Assembly (NCBI GenBank): GCA_040357565.1 | Contig: JBDODJ010000002.1 | Strand: one strand, 5' to 3' | Length of the DNA: 64,000 nucleotides | DNA from: Cercozoa sp. M6MM | Lineage: Eukaryota > Protista > Endomyxa: Ascetosporea | Shown here: positions 25,294-37,724 of the stretch, one piece after another | Numbering within the stretch: position 1 is the stretch's first letter | Layout: each line of letters begins with the position of its first letter | The notes under the pieces: generated by a model | Databases searched by the model: none | Told to the model about the DNA's origin: nothing | What the model saw: the letters and a program-made list of their open reading frames with translations, nothing else | Translations under genes and position numbers: made by a program

Positions 25294-26113
25294 TTGCAAA
25301 TCAACGAATGTCCATACGCATAATACGATGGAACTAGTTAGTTGAGTCTTCTAGGAAACCAACTATGTAGTTCCCCTGCACCAGTCTGGGGTGGGTCGCA
25401 AGAGCATGGCCGCGTCTACCGCCCGCTTAGGGTAGGACCATACAACTCCCCTTTTGACGTTCCCCAGACACCGAAGTCGACTTCATGGTTGGTGCAATAC
25501 GATGGAACTACTGCCCAATTTCAGGTGAACTGATAACCGAATACTGTCCCGCACTCGTAGTTTAGATAGTTCAAACTTGGCGTTGCATTCTTCGCATTGC
25601 GGTAGAATTCTTGCGCTGGTCTGTGCATACGACAAACTTCGGTTCAATTACGTTAAGTTAGTTGAAGTACTTGACGAGCCGAGTCTGTTGCACGCGGACG
25701 CTGGCGTGAAGTTGCGTCCCCTACCCTGGAGGTTGACGACAGACCACCGCCGATTCGTCTTGTGCAACACCGACTGCACGAGCGACCATCTGACGCCGTA
25801 ATTCTCCGACCTGGACTGCCGCCAGCACGATCAGACGTAAATTTACTTGTACGCCTCACGACGAGACGAACGACAGATAAATAGAAATGTGGCTGTCAAC
25901 CAAACAACCTACTCGGCTGACTACTTGCTCCGCGTGGAAGCAACTATCAGTCATGCCAAATAAGAATTGAAGTGTTTTGCTAAGGTTGAGAGCTGGTAAC
26001 CTAACAATTGAGTGCTGCCTAGCTTGGGGTAACCTTCTCTCTTCTGATATCTTTCGGTTTATTGAGATGTCGCACGAACACTAAATTAAACGACCTTACA
26101 TTCTTACTTTTCT

Positions 26114-29100
26114 TTAGTCGTTGTCTTCACTAAAATTGACAATCTCCCTCACAATCAACAGAAAACTAACTAACTGTGAAGTTGCGTTCGGTTGCGCGTC
26201 ATGCCGACCAGCAACGTGATGCTGTGCAGTCGAGTGATCAACTACGAACAAAATCAAGCTCGTTGCAGTCATCGTCAAGTACAAACGCGCACAGTGAGCT
26301 AATGCGCGCACACAGACGACTGCGCAGGCGCGCCGTGTCGCTCTCATCGCGAGCAGAGAAACGCGCCAGTTCGCGAAGCGTGACGCCGTCCTCCTCGCCC
26401 ACTCGCTGTGCAAAAGCGAAATGCTGGAACACTAAAGGCATGCAAGAAGGAAGCGAAAGCAAACCACGAGCGATGCATCGTACACACGGTCAAAACAGCG
26501 CAGGATAGCGGTCTGCACTTGCGATCGAAAGCGAATCGGCACGGTGAGACGTGCGACTTGGAGACACACTCTGGCGCAGACATTGTGGTGCTCACTCAAC
26601 GTCACCATCGTTAGAGTGCCAGTGAGCGCATTGAGTGCCGAAACCGTTACTTTGCAGTTCGCGTCGTTTGCTGCTGCTTTCACAGCGCACCGCACAAGTG
26701 AATCAACGAGCGTCCCTTTGCAAGCCAAATGCCACTGCAGAAATGCGCCGATCGCGCACATTGCGTTTCGCCGAACTTTGTGCTTCGGCGACTCACTGCA
26801 TCGCAGCAAGAATGACGTCAGACTCAGCACATTTTCGGTAATTTCGATTGCTGCTTCCCTTGTTTCGCTCGATTTCGCACTTGCTTCGCTTGATTTCAAG
26901 CTTGTTTCGCTTGGCTTCGAATGTGTTACATTTGATTTCAAACTTGTTTCGTTCCGAACCGCAGTTTCAACCAACGAAGCAAGTAGAGTCGCGATGGCAT
27001 GCAGTCGCTGCGAGATCTCTGCTTCGTTGCTGTCGGTAGTGCAGTGAGTGTCACGTAATGAGTTGACGACACGCGAAACGAGCTGGATCGGCAACGTCTG
27101 GCACAGCACAGCCAAAGCACTGACGGCGTGAACTCGCTTCGCCACAGATTCGCTTGTTTCGAGTGCGTCCACAAGCACCACAACCGCTCGCGATCGATCC
27201 CTTTCGCTGCAGAGTTTTTCGAATATTTTGCAACAAGAAAATGAGAGCGGGTACCTTCGATAGGAAGCCACATGAGCGAGAGCGCGAAATCTCGTGTTGA
27301 CTTCGGCAGCGAGGAGAAAGTGAAACGCTTCATCGATGGAGTCGCTCTCGTCTTCGCGCAATGGAAGCGAGTTCAACACACTGCAAATCGCGCTTTCGAG
27401 TGCGCTTCGCAGGCGCGCGTTCGTTTGCGGCTGCAATCGCGGCAAATCGGTCAAACACAAGTGCTTCAATTCATCGCGATCGCGAAGGTGCGGCGCAAGT
27501 TGGCGCAGCAGGCGAAGCAGCTCAAGCGACTCAGCTCGGTCTCTATCGTTAGCGACGCCGGTCGCGAAATGTGCTTCAAACAGACGAAGCAAATTTTGAG
27601 ACTGCGACTGCAAGTTCGTGTCGTCGCATAAATCAAGTACAAGATCGACGTGCTTCGCCGCGATCTTGGTGAGAACGGAAACTGCGTCGGGAAATGGGTC
27701 CTCATTTCGACGACTCCAAGCGAGTTGAAGTAAGTGCTGACACAAACTCCGCGTAATCTCGCGATCGCACTCGCCCGCCGAATCGAAGAAAGCCGCCAAA
27801 GCAGAAAGGACAGCGTGCGACTCGCCAACAGAAACGCAGGTTTCGCGAAGCAACAGCGAAAGCACGCGCAACACTCGAGTAGTGTCCATTCTCACGTCCT
27901 GAGAATATCGCCAAAATCACACCGAAGCGAAACACAAAAACGAAAAGCGAAGCTACCGTAAGACTGAAGACAGCTTCGTGAGGCGTGCAGCGACAGAGCG
28001 AAACGAGCGCTCGCAGAAGCGAAATCCGGGTACTCACACAAGTTTCCGCTCGCAAAACGACGCAAAGCACTTCGTGAGTCTCCTGAAGTAAGTGCGCCAA
28101 CCGAGTCGCGACACTATCGCCCTTGTGCTTTCGTCTGACACAACATGCACACTCAGGAATACTCCAGCAAGCAAGAAAGAACACAAGCAAAACAAACGCA
28201 CGAAATAGAGATGCACGCAGTTCGAAAGAACGCCGCACACCGACTCGCTTCAATCACCTGACACAGAGTGCAAAAGTGTCCAACGATAAAAGCCACAAGA
28301 CGAAATGCAAACACACATGAGCGAGCAACGAAGCTGCCGCTGCACGAACTCTTGGAGTACACTCGGAACGCAGCAGCCTCTGCGCACAGTTTCAAATTAT
28401 TTTTTAGAATTAAAAACAAAACAAAAGCGACAAGTCAAAATCGAAAAACACACCAGCGGAAAGGGCCACCACGAAAACGGCGCCGTGTGCACAAGAGCAG
28501 GTTCGGAACGGGCGACACAGGTGAGACACGCCAGCGCAAGTGAGCGCGTTTTGGCGGCGAGCGCGGTGTCGGCGTCCTCATCAACCTCGCTGTCGCTGTG
28601 CAAAAAACCAGGCGGCGCAACAGCAAAAAGCGATAACTCGCGCAACAGGAGCACGAAAGGAGTGCTCTGCGATGCCGCTGTCGTTGCTCGCTTCTTTTGA
28701 TTCGCGATGCTTGCCAGGAGCAAGTTGCACAGCTTTAAAATCTGAACCTGCGCGCGAAGCCACTTGCTTTGCAGCACACTTTCACACAAAGAGCGAGCTG
28801 CCATGCGACGAAGCAAGTGCTCGGCACTGGCGCGCTCCCACTCAACGCGCGGCAACAGGTTGCTCACGTGCAGCAGCGCCGAAGCAAGCTGTCGCACGAC
28901 ATGCGGATTCTGCTCGACACGTAAAATGCTCCAAATACGCATTCGCACTTCGTCCAATCGCTCGATTTCGTTGCTTTCGGCCGTCTTTCGTAGCGTTTCG
29001 TTTTCGCGCGCGTCGCTTTTCGCACTCGAAAGCTGCGACGCGAGATGCGCGATCGCTCGCGCGGAGTGCGATTCGAGTCGCTTGTCGCTCGTGGATTCTC

Positions 29101-29581
29101 CCAATACAGCACGTTCCCTCCGATCCCAAGTGACGCAACACACCAGCATGCACGAAAGCAGGATTTCGCGGGAGAGCTCAAGTGCATCGCATCGCAGCAA
29201 ATCGCAAAAGTGCGCGAACGCCGGAGTGAGCTGGGCGAACAGCGGCGCGCACGCAAAGATCTCCTCGAAAGCAGGCAACAAACGTGAAATGATGCGAGAC
29301 GCGTGCGGCTGCAGCAAAGACACTGCGTGCTGCGAGCAGAAGTCGACAAAGAGGCGAAGCAACTCGCGCGACGACGCTGCCGTGCACAGCAGTGAGTCCA
29401 GTCGCGCCGCTTCAGTCTGCTGGCGCACGGAGTGCATGTCCGAACGCGACCGTTGTGACTGTCGTGACCGAGAACGCGACTGCGACTGCGAACGCGAGCT
29501 CGCGCGGCGTTCTCCATTGGCGCCGAATCGCCGAAACCGGCGACGAGGCAGATCGGCTGGGGGTCGCTCAAAACGCGACAT
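26114..29581 (-). CDS. HEAT-repeat protein, HEATR6-like
   Basis: Long helical Leu-rich ORFs (28397-29581, 26432-27895). KHKVRRNAMCAIG and ANCKVTVSALNAL resemble the HEATR6 C-terminal KVxWNAxxAxG and NFKVRIxAxxAL motifs. RS-rich N-terminus. Confidence 0.6.
26860..26955 (-). repeat. Coding ~21-nt tandem repeat (ETSLKSS-like heptapeptide)
   Basis: ETSLKSN...SETSLKSSEASAKSSET within the HEAT ORF. Confidence 0.6.
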
Positions 29582-29833
29582 TTCAGCAAAAACAAACCAC
29601 TAACGCAATATTTGCGGTAGCATCACACGCCCTCGCACGTCACTGAGAGCGTTGGAGCTGTCTTTTAATCAGTGCTGACAAAATCAGCGATCTTTCCCAG
29701 AAGATCTCAATTTCTCTCTCCTACGGTGGCTTGGCACTGTGCACCACGTGTCGATTGCTGCGTATTATTCCTGTAGTGGCGTGGGAGACGTATCTGTGCA
29801 CATTTGAGTCGTCATCCCATCAGTCGTCACTTG

Positions 29834-32800
29834 ATGCCAGAGGGTGGAGAGGCACTCGAGGACAAGAGCCTCGCGAAATGCCAGCGCGCTTTGAGCGAAC
29901 TGCTCGAAACAGAAACCGTGTTTGTCCGCCACATGCGTTCGCTCCATGATTTCTTTCTGGAGCCGCTTATGCGCGAGACGCGACTCAGAAACTCTGTCGC
30001 CGCGGCAGTGTTTGTAAGCGACACGCAGATCCTGATTGAGGTGACCCTTCTTTTGTTACGAACTGACCTTGGAGTTTGAGGTTCTATTTTTGTTACAGTT
30101 AAACGGTGCCTTTGAGCGAGAACTTAAGAAACTTGTGCGAGAGAAGACGAGCGATGCTTATGAGATGGTGGCAACGTCGTTTTCTCGATTCGCCAAGATG
30201 TTTGGTCCAGTGTGAGTTCCCTTTAATCACCCGGTGCTTTTATAACTTTTCTTGGTAACTTTGCGTGTGCTTTTCCAGGTACTCAATGTTCGCACAACAC
30301 AAGCACAGCTTCGAGCAGGCTGTGAAATCGCATAACTCGGCGCGAAAGCTCGTGAGTCGCATTGAGCAAGAAGAAGCCGAGACTTTGCAAAACCAATCCT
30401 TGGTAGTACCTGCAGTTTCGTCCACAAAGCAATCTTCTGTGAGTCATTATCACGTTTGTAGCTTTCGCTTCTTATAATGCCGATTCAACGAACACCGCGC
30501 TACATTCTGCTGTTGGATAATGTGCTGAACTCGCTTCGCAAGGCAGGTGGATCGCCTTCCGCCGAAAAGGCCCTGTCCGCGGCAATGCATGAAGCAAAAG
30601 CGACAGCCAGTCTCGTGTTCGTCTTTCTTTTTCTGAAACTCACTTACGAAGCCGGATCTACGTTTATTTGCAGCAACGAATGCATGAGAAGGGACGAGCA
30701 GCGCGAAAGAGTCGCCGCGTTGGCAGAGCGCTTCCGACGAGGTTCCCGGCGACCGCAAAACTCGTTTGTGTCCAAGTTTAGTGGCGGTAATCGTTTCTAT
30801 CTGTTTTACCTTAGTTTTGGTCTTGTTTTATTAGAGTATCTGTTCGCAGGCATCTTTCACGCAGACGCACCGCACCGAATTCTAGTCAAAGAAGGCTTGC
30901 TACGCAAGCGTTCACGTACGGGCAACACCAGGGAGTACACGTTTCACGTTAGTTTTTCTTTCTGCGGTTTGAAAGTTTGAAGACAGAAGTATCAAGATCG
31001 TGTGTCCTTGTAGTTGTTCAACGACGTCGTGACATACTCGCATGTCGGAGTGCAACCTGAACTGTGCCGTGTTTTCCCTCCTTTTCTATTACCTAATCTA
31101 TTTTCGCGTACGTTATGTAGGGAAGAAGGCAGCGCTCCTTTGCACTTGCATCGCGTGATGCCTCTAGCGTCGTTGCTCGTTACTGTTTCACAAGGTGCGT
31201 GTCTGTACCATCGATTGATTCGTGGATGAATTGAACTAAGATGCAACTTTGCGTCGCAGAGGATGATCAGCCGGTCCTCAAATTTCAAGCGCCGCAGAAA
31301 AGCTTCGTTGCGTGGGCGCCTTCCAATGTGTACTCCAAACTTAAAAAACGACAAATATAGATGCGCACTATGTTTGTTTAGTGATACACTTTCGTACTTG
31401 CAAGAATGGCAGAGCGAAATTCAGGTACGCCGTCGTCCAGTGCTTTTGGATTCGATTGGTTTTACTTGTTGTATTTGCATTTTAGAAAACGCAATCGCAA
31501 CTCAATCAAGATGTCGGTCGCGCTGCATCGGTATGTGTCACCTTTTAAATACCGAATGGTGCGGCTTTGGAATGACGTGTTTGCTGAACAGACTTACCAC
31601 GCACCGGTATGGACACCGGACAGCGCCGCTGATTCCTGCGATCTTTGTGATCGAAAGTGGCACCTCATGCGGTAGTCGATTAGCCCCCTCCCTCTGACTT
31701 GATTCATGCATAACATGGGCTGCATCACAGGAGACGTCACCACTGTCGTCGCTGTGGCCGGGTACTTTGCTTTGCTTAAGCATGAACCGTTTAACTATGC
31801 GCTATTTGTCAGGTGGTCTGCGGATCGTGCAGTTCGCACAGATTGCTCATTGCTCACGTCGATGTGGAGAAACAGGTGCGAGTCTGCGACCCGTGCTCGA
31901 CTGAAGTGATAGCGCAAGAGGCCCGCACGAACGTAGACCAACCGTCCCCAGCTGACGAACAAGCTCCGAAAAACCCCGAAGCTGACAGCTGCGAAACTAG
32001 CTCTGACTTTGATGATGATGAGGTAATTTTCTTTTTATCTGTATAAAGCAGTTTTCGTTTTCATACCTGGCTTTTTGTTCAGTTGGGATTCGAGTCGAGT
32101 GACGACGAGCCGGAATTCGTAAATGCCCCAAAAACTCTGGCCTTTGAATCTTACAAGCAATCTTTTTTCTGCAGGAAGAAAAGAAGGAAATTGACCTGAA
32201 CGAACTGTATGACTACGTTCTTGAAGCTCAGGAGAGAGGTACCAAGGCCACTTTGTTTTTCGACTGTATGCTGTGATGCCATGCGTCCACAGCTAGTCGA
32301 ATGCTGCGCGTTGGAGTCGAGTGTGTGCTGCGACCGCTATACCGAGAGGTGCCCTCGATTTTGTCTCAGGTTGATGCGAGACCCTTTTTACGTTGTTGTT
32401 CCCAGTTGCTAAAATCTGAGCAAAAGAAGCGTTTCACAATGTTCCAGAAGACAAAAAAAGACGCGGTAGGATTTTTTAATCCTATTAGTTGATACCAACC
32501 TCCTTGCTTCGAGCGCAGACAGAAGCGCTAGAAGGTGCAGTAGACCTGTCGCCACAATCGCTGCCTCCGCAGTTGGCGCGCTACTGCTGCGTAAGCGAGC
32601 GACTTGCTTTGCTGCTGCGTCGTTTATGCCGCGATCTGCAACGTTTGTCGGTAGCCACGGCATTTGCTTTTTGTTGTTCTTGCTTGTTCAGTTTTTTGGT
32701 TTGGACAGAAAGAAAACCAAGAAGATAGCATTTTGCGAAAGTTTGCGCAATTTGGCGAGATTCTAACGAATTATGCGGCTGCCACGGACTCGTATGTTGC

Positions 32801-34941
32801 TCGCTGTTTTTGTTCTCCCTGCCCTTTTATTTTTGGTGTCGCTTTAGGTGGCACATTCGTATGGCGCGTCTGTTTCCAGCTGCCCGGGTTGCCATGCGCC
32901 GAAAAGCGCTGTCTGACGTCGTAGCTTGCCCACTCGTTCTTGTGGTGATAGCGTCCCTTGTATGTGTGATATGTGCAGTTGGAACTGGGTGAAACGCACG
33001 AAGCTCTGCAAAAAACGCCTGCGACGTATGTGCTGCAAGCGCCCTTCCGCTTTGTACACCAGAGTTCTTTCACTTCCAGCAGCGTCAGGGTTAGCTGTTT
33101 TCACGTGCTTTTTCGCAGCTGGATCGAGTGTGCAAGGTGTTTGAAATTGCCAACAAATACGCACCAACGTCAGAGTTCGTATGCTGTTGTTGTGCGATGT
33201 GCGTATAAATATCGAACACCATTGTTTCCTCAGCCAGAGGTGTCTATCGCACTGAGTGCTCTCGAAAACTGTCGACATAAGTGCCGGCGTGCTGCTTCCT
33301 TTGTAGCATGCACTGTTTCAGCAAGCGTATTTTTTATAACGTGGTTTGCATCGTGTTCTGGGCAGGCGAACGAAGTGGAAAAGTTGCGAGAGTTGAAGCC
33401 GAGATTCCGCGGATTTGACGTGCTTTCGCCGACAGTGGTTCCCTTTTCTTTGTGCGCTGTTAATGTGTTTGATGCATTCACTTCCTCGCAGGGCGAGATG
33501 GCACCGCTTGTGACTGATGGGGTATTCTAACGCACCCTTCATTTGTCAGTCATTGTGCATCGAGGTGACTGTGTCCAATCAGGAGGACACACTACCACGT
33601 CGATTGATCTTGGAGGCACGTCTACAAAAGGTGCTGTGTGTTTTCAGGTGGGCCAAACTGCTGACTAAAAGCTGTGTTCTCAGGTGTGCCGAAGAGGACC
33701 GAAAACCTTTGGTTTCTACTTGTTCTCGGACACACTCATGTACCCTGCCCTTGTCTTGCTCCATCCGTATGTGAGAGTCAATGTTGGCTTGGCTTGGTAG
33801 ATACGTCGACGTCATTTCAACGTTGAGCGAGTCGATTTTGAACGTGCATCGTGTGCTGTATGCTCATCCTTGCATGTGGTGTATCAGACGGGACTACTAG
33901 CGGGCATGTAAATCTGGGATGTAGGCCACTGCGTGACATGCACGTCTCATTGGTCGGTGACATTGACAGCACCGATGGCAGCTCCGCTAACAACAGTACT
34001 GCCACCAAGTGGTCGGAAAACACGTCGGTCTTAATGACACAGACCAAGGCCTACCTACCGCAGTTCCAGGTATAGTCCCCGTTTATCTTTTGCCCTCCTC
34101 TTTTATCCTTTTATCTGCATGCAGATCCGAACGCCGCAAAAGTCCTTCTCGGTACTGTGCCCGAGCTTCAGCGTTCGCGATGTGTGGTATCTGAGCCACG
34201 GCATTGGGATGCCTTCTATGTATGTACACTCTGGTCTTTGTTTGCAATAAGGTACTCGGCACTACAAAAGGAGATTGGATCGGCGCGCAACGAGTACGAC
34301 GCCGCCGCCAATGCGCCGCTTTGGGTGCTCGACCAGGACGCTCCGGCGTGTCTGCTGTGTGACCTCACGTTCACCATGTTCCAGCGGCGACACCACTGTC
34401 GGCAATGTGGTACTACCCCACCCCTGTATCTCTGTAGCCACGCTCTCTAATCTGCCTCCTCCTGATAGGTGCGTGCGTGTGCAACGCCTGCAGTCGCCAG
34501 CGACGCTTGCTGCCAGCGATTCACGCGCGCAAGCCGCAGCGCGTGTGTGACAACTGCAGTGGCAGCAACGACGGCCTCTTGACTTGCGCGCAGCCACCGT
34601 CGTTACAGTCTAACACTGCCACTCAAACTCAAGACACGGACACACAGGTCACTGGCACGCAGGATACCAAAGCTAATCCGACTCCGACCGACACTGAGGG
34701 CACTCCAACAGGCACAGAGGACACCCCCACTGGCACTGAGGAGACTCCTGCTGGCACTGAGGACACTGGCGTTGAGGGCATGGGCTTTGAGGACACTGAC
34801 ACTGAGAGTAGCAGCAGTGTTAATGCCGGTGCCGCCACAGCCCTTTCTGGTATTGACGAAGCTGCCGCCACTCACAGCGACGAACGGAGCGATTCCGGGC
34901 CGAACTCGAGACCAGATCGAGCGCGAGATGAGATGATGTGA
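29834..34941 (+). CDS. FGD-like RhoGEF, DH-PH-FYVE-(DH-like)-PH-FYVE
   Basis: DH (RALSELLETETVFV; LIMPIQRTPRYILLL), PH (RILVKEGLLRK...YTFH|LFND), FYVE1 (APVWTPD..CDLC..RRHHCRRCG|VVCGSCS..RVCDPC), PH2 (RRLILEARLQK|VCRRGPK.FGFYLFSD; QIRTPQKSF), FYVE2 (APLWVLD..CLLC..RRHHCRQCG..CNAC..RVCDNC). Confidence 0.88.
34675..34805 (+). repeat. Coding 21-nt repeat (TPTGTE[D/E]) in the acidic low-complexity tail
   Basis: PTDTEGTPTGTEDTPTGTEETPAGTEDT. Confidence 0.75.
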
Positions 34942-35556
34942 CATGCCCCGATCAACTCGGCGTGCGTGCGTACGCACGACTCGACCCGGACCGGCCGGGA
35001 CGTCGTCTCGCGTCCGCGCACGCGACCGGACTCACGTCGCGTCGTGACACACGATACATCGTATACGCGTACGATGACAATTGAATAATGAACGGAATTT
35101 ACGTTACGTTAGTTTGACGGCTTCGTGCTGAGTGTCGCCAGGCTTCAACTGAATGTATACGTACGGTAACCAGCACTCGGCTGGAACCGCCAGTGCTAGT
35201 CACTAGCGCGACTAGCGGAGCCTAGTCGAGGAGGCACTGTAGTTACGACCCACCCTGAAATAGATTTTTGAACGCTGTCGATATAAATTTACATATACAC
35301 ATATTGACTTGTATCCACCGTTTCCGCGCGGACCTCCCAGGATGAACTCCCTGGTCCGTTTCAAGCTGGAGCGTTGCAACAAGCTTCAGTTGCTAAAGTT
35401 GCGACTCTTGGACGCTTTGGTATCTAACTGAGTTAATTCCTGCCCTAGTCATTCTCTGGGACGGCTCAGTTGTGCCTAAACTTATTTACCGTATTTCGAA
35501 GTTTTTTCTACCAAACTGAATATTGTATACTGTATATATGCGCAGCATAAACTTGA

Positions 35557-35786
35557 ATGCTGTTCGCGTTCGTAACGTTGCTGGCAACGAGTTCAGCTTA
35601 TGCAAAAATGTGCTGTTGGAAAGGTAGTTTAACAGAAAACGATTAAACTGCGACCGGTCAAGCCAGTATTTGTTGAACTTGTTTGAATCCAAATATCAGA
35701 CCATTGCACCAATGTGGGCAACTACTTGCGCCGCTCAAATGGCATGGATTGTTATTGGTAACTGCTTTGATGATACAGTCAATCCT

Positions 35787-35834
<48 letters not shown>

Positions 35835-35934
35835 NNNNNNNNNNNNNNNNNNNNNNNNNNNNNNNNNNNNNNNNNNNNNNNNNNNNNNNNNNNNNNNNNN
35901 NNNNNNNNNNNNNNNNNNNNNNNNNNNNNNNNNN

Positions 35935-35986
<52 letters not shown>

Positions 35987-37595
35987 GTGTATGTGTGCGT
36001 GACGGATTTGTCACTGGCAGTGATCACGGAGGAGTGTGGACTGACTGCCATGGTATGACGCTTCTCTGACGAGATAAAACAGCAACTACAGAAGAATGCC
36101 CCAGGCGGCCCGGAATGTTGCTGGGGTGATCGATGCGTGCAACCTGGTGAATGGTTGACCACTACTGATGGAAAACGGATGTAATTTGTTTTATCTCGAC
36201 CAACAGAATTAAAACACCTTTTACCCAAAAACAAAGGTGCGAATGCTCCGATCTCGGGGAGTGGCAGAACTGTCGCGAACAGTGTTGCTGGGGTACGCTT
36301 TCGGAATAAGTACCACCGCAACGTTTACTCTGCCCTCACCAGGAGAGGACTGCGTCTGGGAGGGCGAACACCTCACGACGAAGGATGGCAAGCGAACATG
36401 CATGTGTCGCGACGGAGAGTTTGTAGACTGCGAGGATACCCCTCAAGTACACTCTTTTGTTTTATTCACGAGGTTAACCGGTGGTGCTTGTACTTTAAGT
36501 GTGTTCAGTTGTTGAAATCACTTTTTACTTTTTTAGTGTTGGTGAGCCTTCTAAATGAGAACGATATCCTCTTGTATTCACAGGTCATGGTATCCAATGG
36601 CATGTAGAAGGAGAAAAATACTGTAGTTGGGGCGATCGATGTGTCTGGGAAGGCGAACATCTTACTACCTCGGACGGTCGCCGCACTTGCATGTACATTT
36701 TCAGTTGTCTTAATCCACCCTTCTGACTCATTCCAGGCAACTTTTTGGCACTCTGTGAGGAAGCAAAACAATTACCAGGCTACTACTTAAATGAACTGAT
36801 AAAATTAGGTGCGATCATGATGGCAACTTCATCGATTGTCACGAAAACGTGCAGTGTTGTTGGGGAGATCGGTAAAATATTAGTATGTACTTCCAAACCT
36901 TAAACTGAAAGTACGAACTTAAAGGTGTGCTTGGGCCGGCCAAATGCTCACGACAACGGATGGAAAGCGAACGTGCCTGTGTAGCGATCAAAGCGAATGG
37001 CACGAATGTCGTGAGGTCAGTTTCAGCCAGTACAATTTTCTTTTTACGTGCTGTTTGAAATTGAATTTCAGAATATGGAATGTTGCTTCGATGAACACCC
37101 CGATGAGTGCACTTGGACTGGAGAGTGGTATAGTATCAGCACTCCGCTTATAAATCGCATTTCAGTCTGATACCCCTGCGCAGGCTTGCCTCGAGCGATG
37201 GAAGCAAGATGTGCGAGTATCTTGGGCCATCTTGTTTATACTGTCGAGATACTTTCAAGCTCCATATTTGATGATACTGTTCAGGTGCTCGATGAACGGT
37301 GAGTGGCAGAACTGCGTAGCACCGAACGAAGACGGTACGTGGCCCGGGCACGGTGACAATGGAGAGTCGAATGGCGGAGAGGACGGCGAGTGCTGTGTCG
37401 AAGGAGGTAAATTTCTTGTTGACATCTCATTATCCACACGTTCTATTGGATATAAATAACGCGGTGAAAACGCGGAAATTTTCATGTGCAGTGTGCACCC
37501 CAAACAACGAAAAAGGCCAATGGAAGCGCGATAACGTTTTGGTGACTTGCTGGTGCTATTTAGGTGCCTGGGAGGACTGCAAGCCGGTCGAGTAG
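35557..37595 (+). CDS. Secreted protein of ~7 tandem six-Cys repeats (CCWGDRCx3Gx2LTTxDGKRTCxCx3-4GxWxxC)
   Basis: Signal peptide MLFAFVTLLATSSAYA; the spliced exons reconstruct seven related Cys/Trp-rich units. Stop TAG at 37593-37595. Confidence 0.8.
35788..35998. repeat. (TG)n microsatellite with 100-N gap, intronic
   Basis: Seen directly. Confidence 0.95.
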
Positions 37596-37724
37596 TACGC
37601 AAACGAAGCGCTGGTTTCCGCGACCACACAATATCATCCATTCGGTGCCATGAACCGAACTGAAACCGATTCGAAGCAACTGCACAGTATCCACAAGCAT
37701 TAGCGCATCAATTGAAGTCGAGGA

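Noticed and set aside
25557-25846. Assignment as nuclear RNase P RNA (GUCUG/CAGAC pairing)
   Set aside because: Lacks the GGAA of CR-I and recognisable CR-II/III; kept only as an unnamed structured candidate.
35658-36069. HT/CV dipeptide ORFs (also near 38.1, 41.2 and 61.3 kb)
   Set aside because: Artefacts of (TG)n microsatellites and N gaps.
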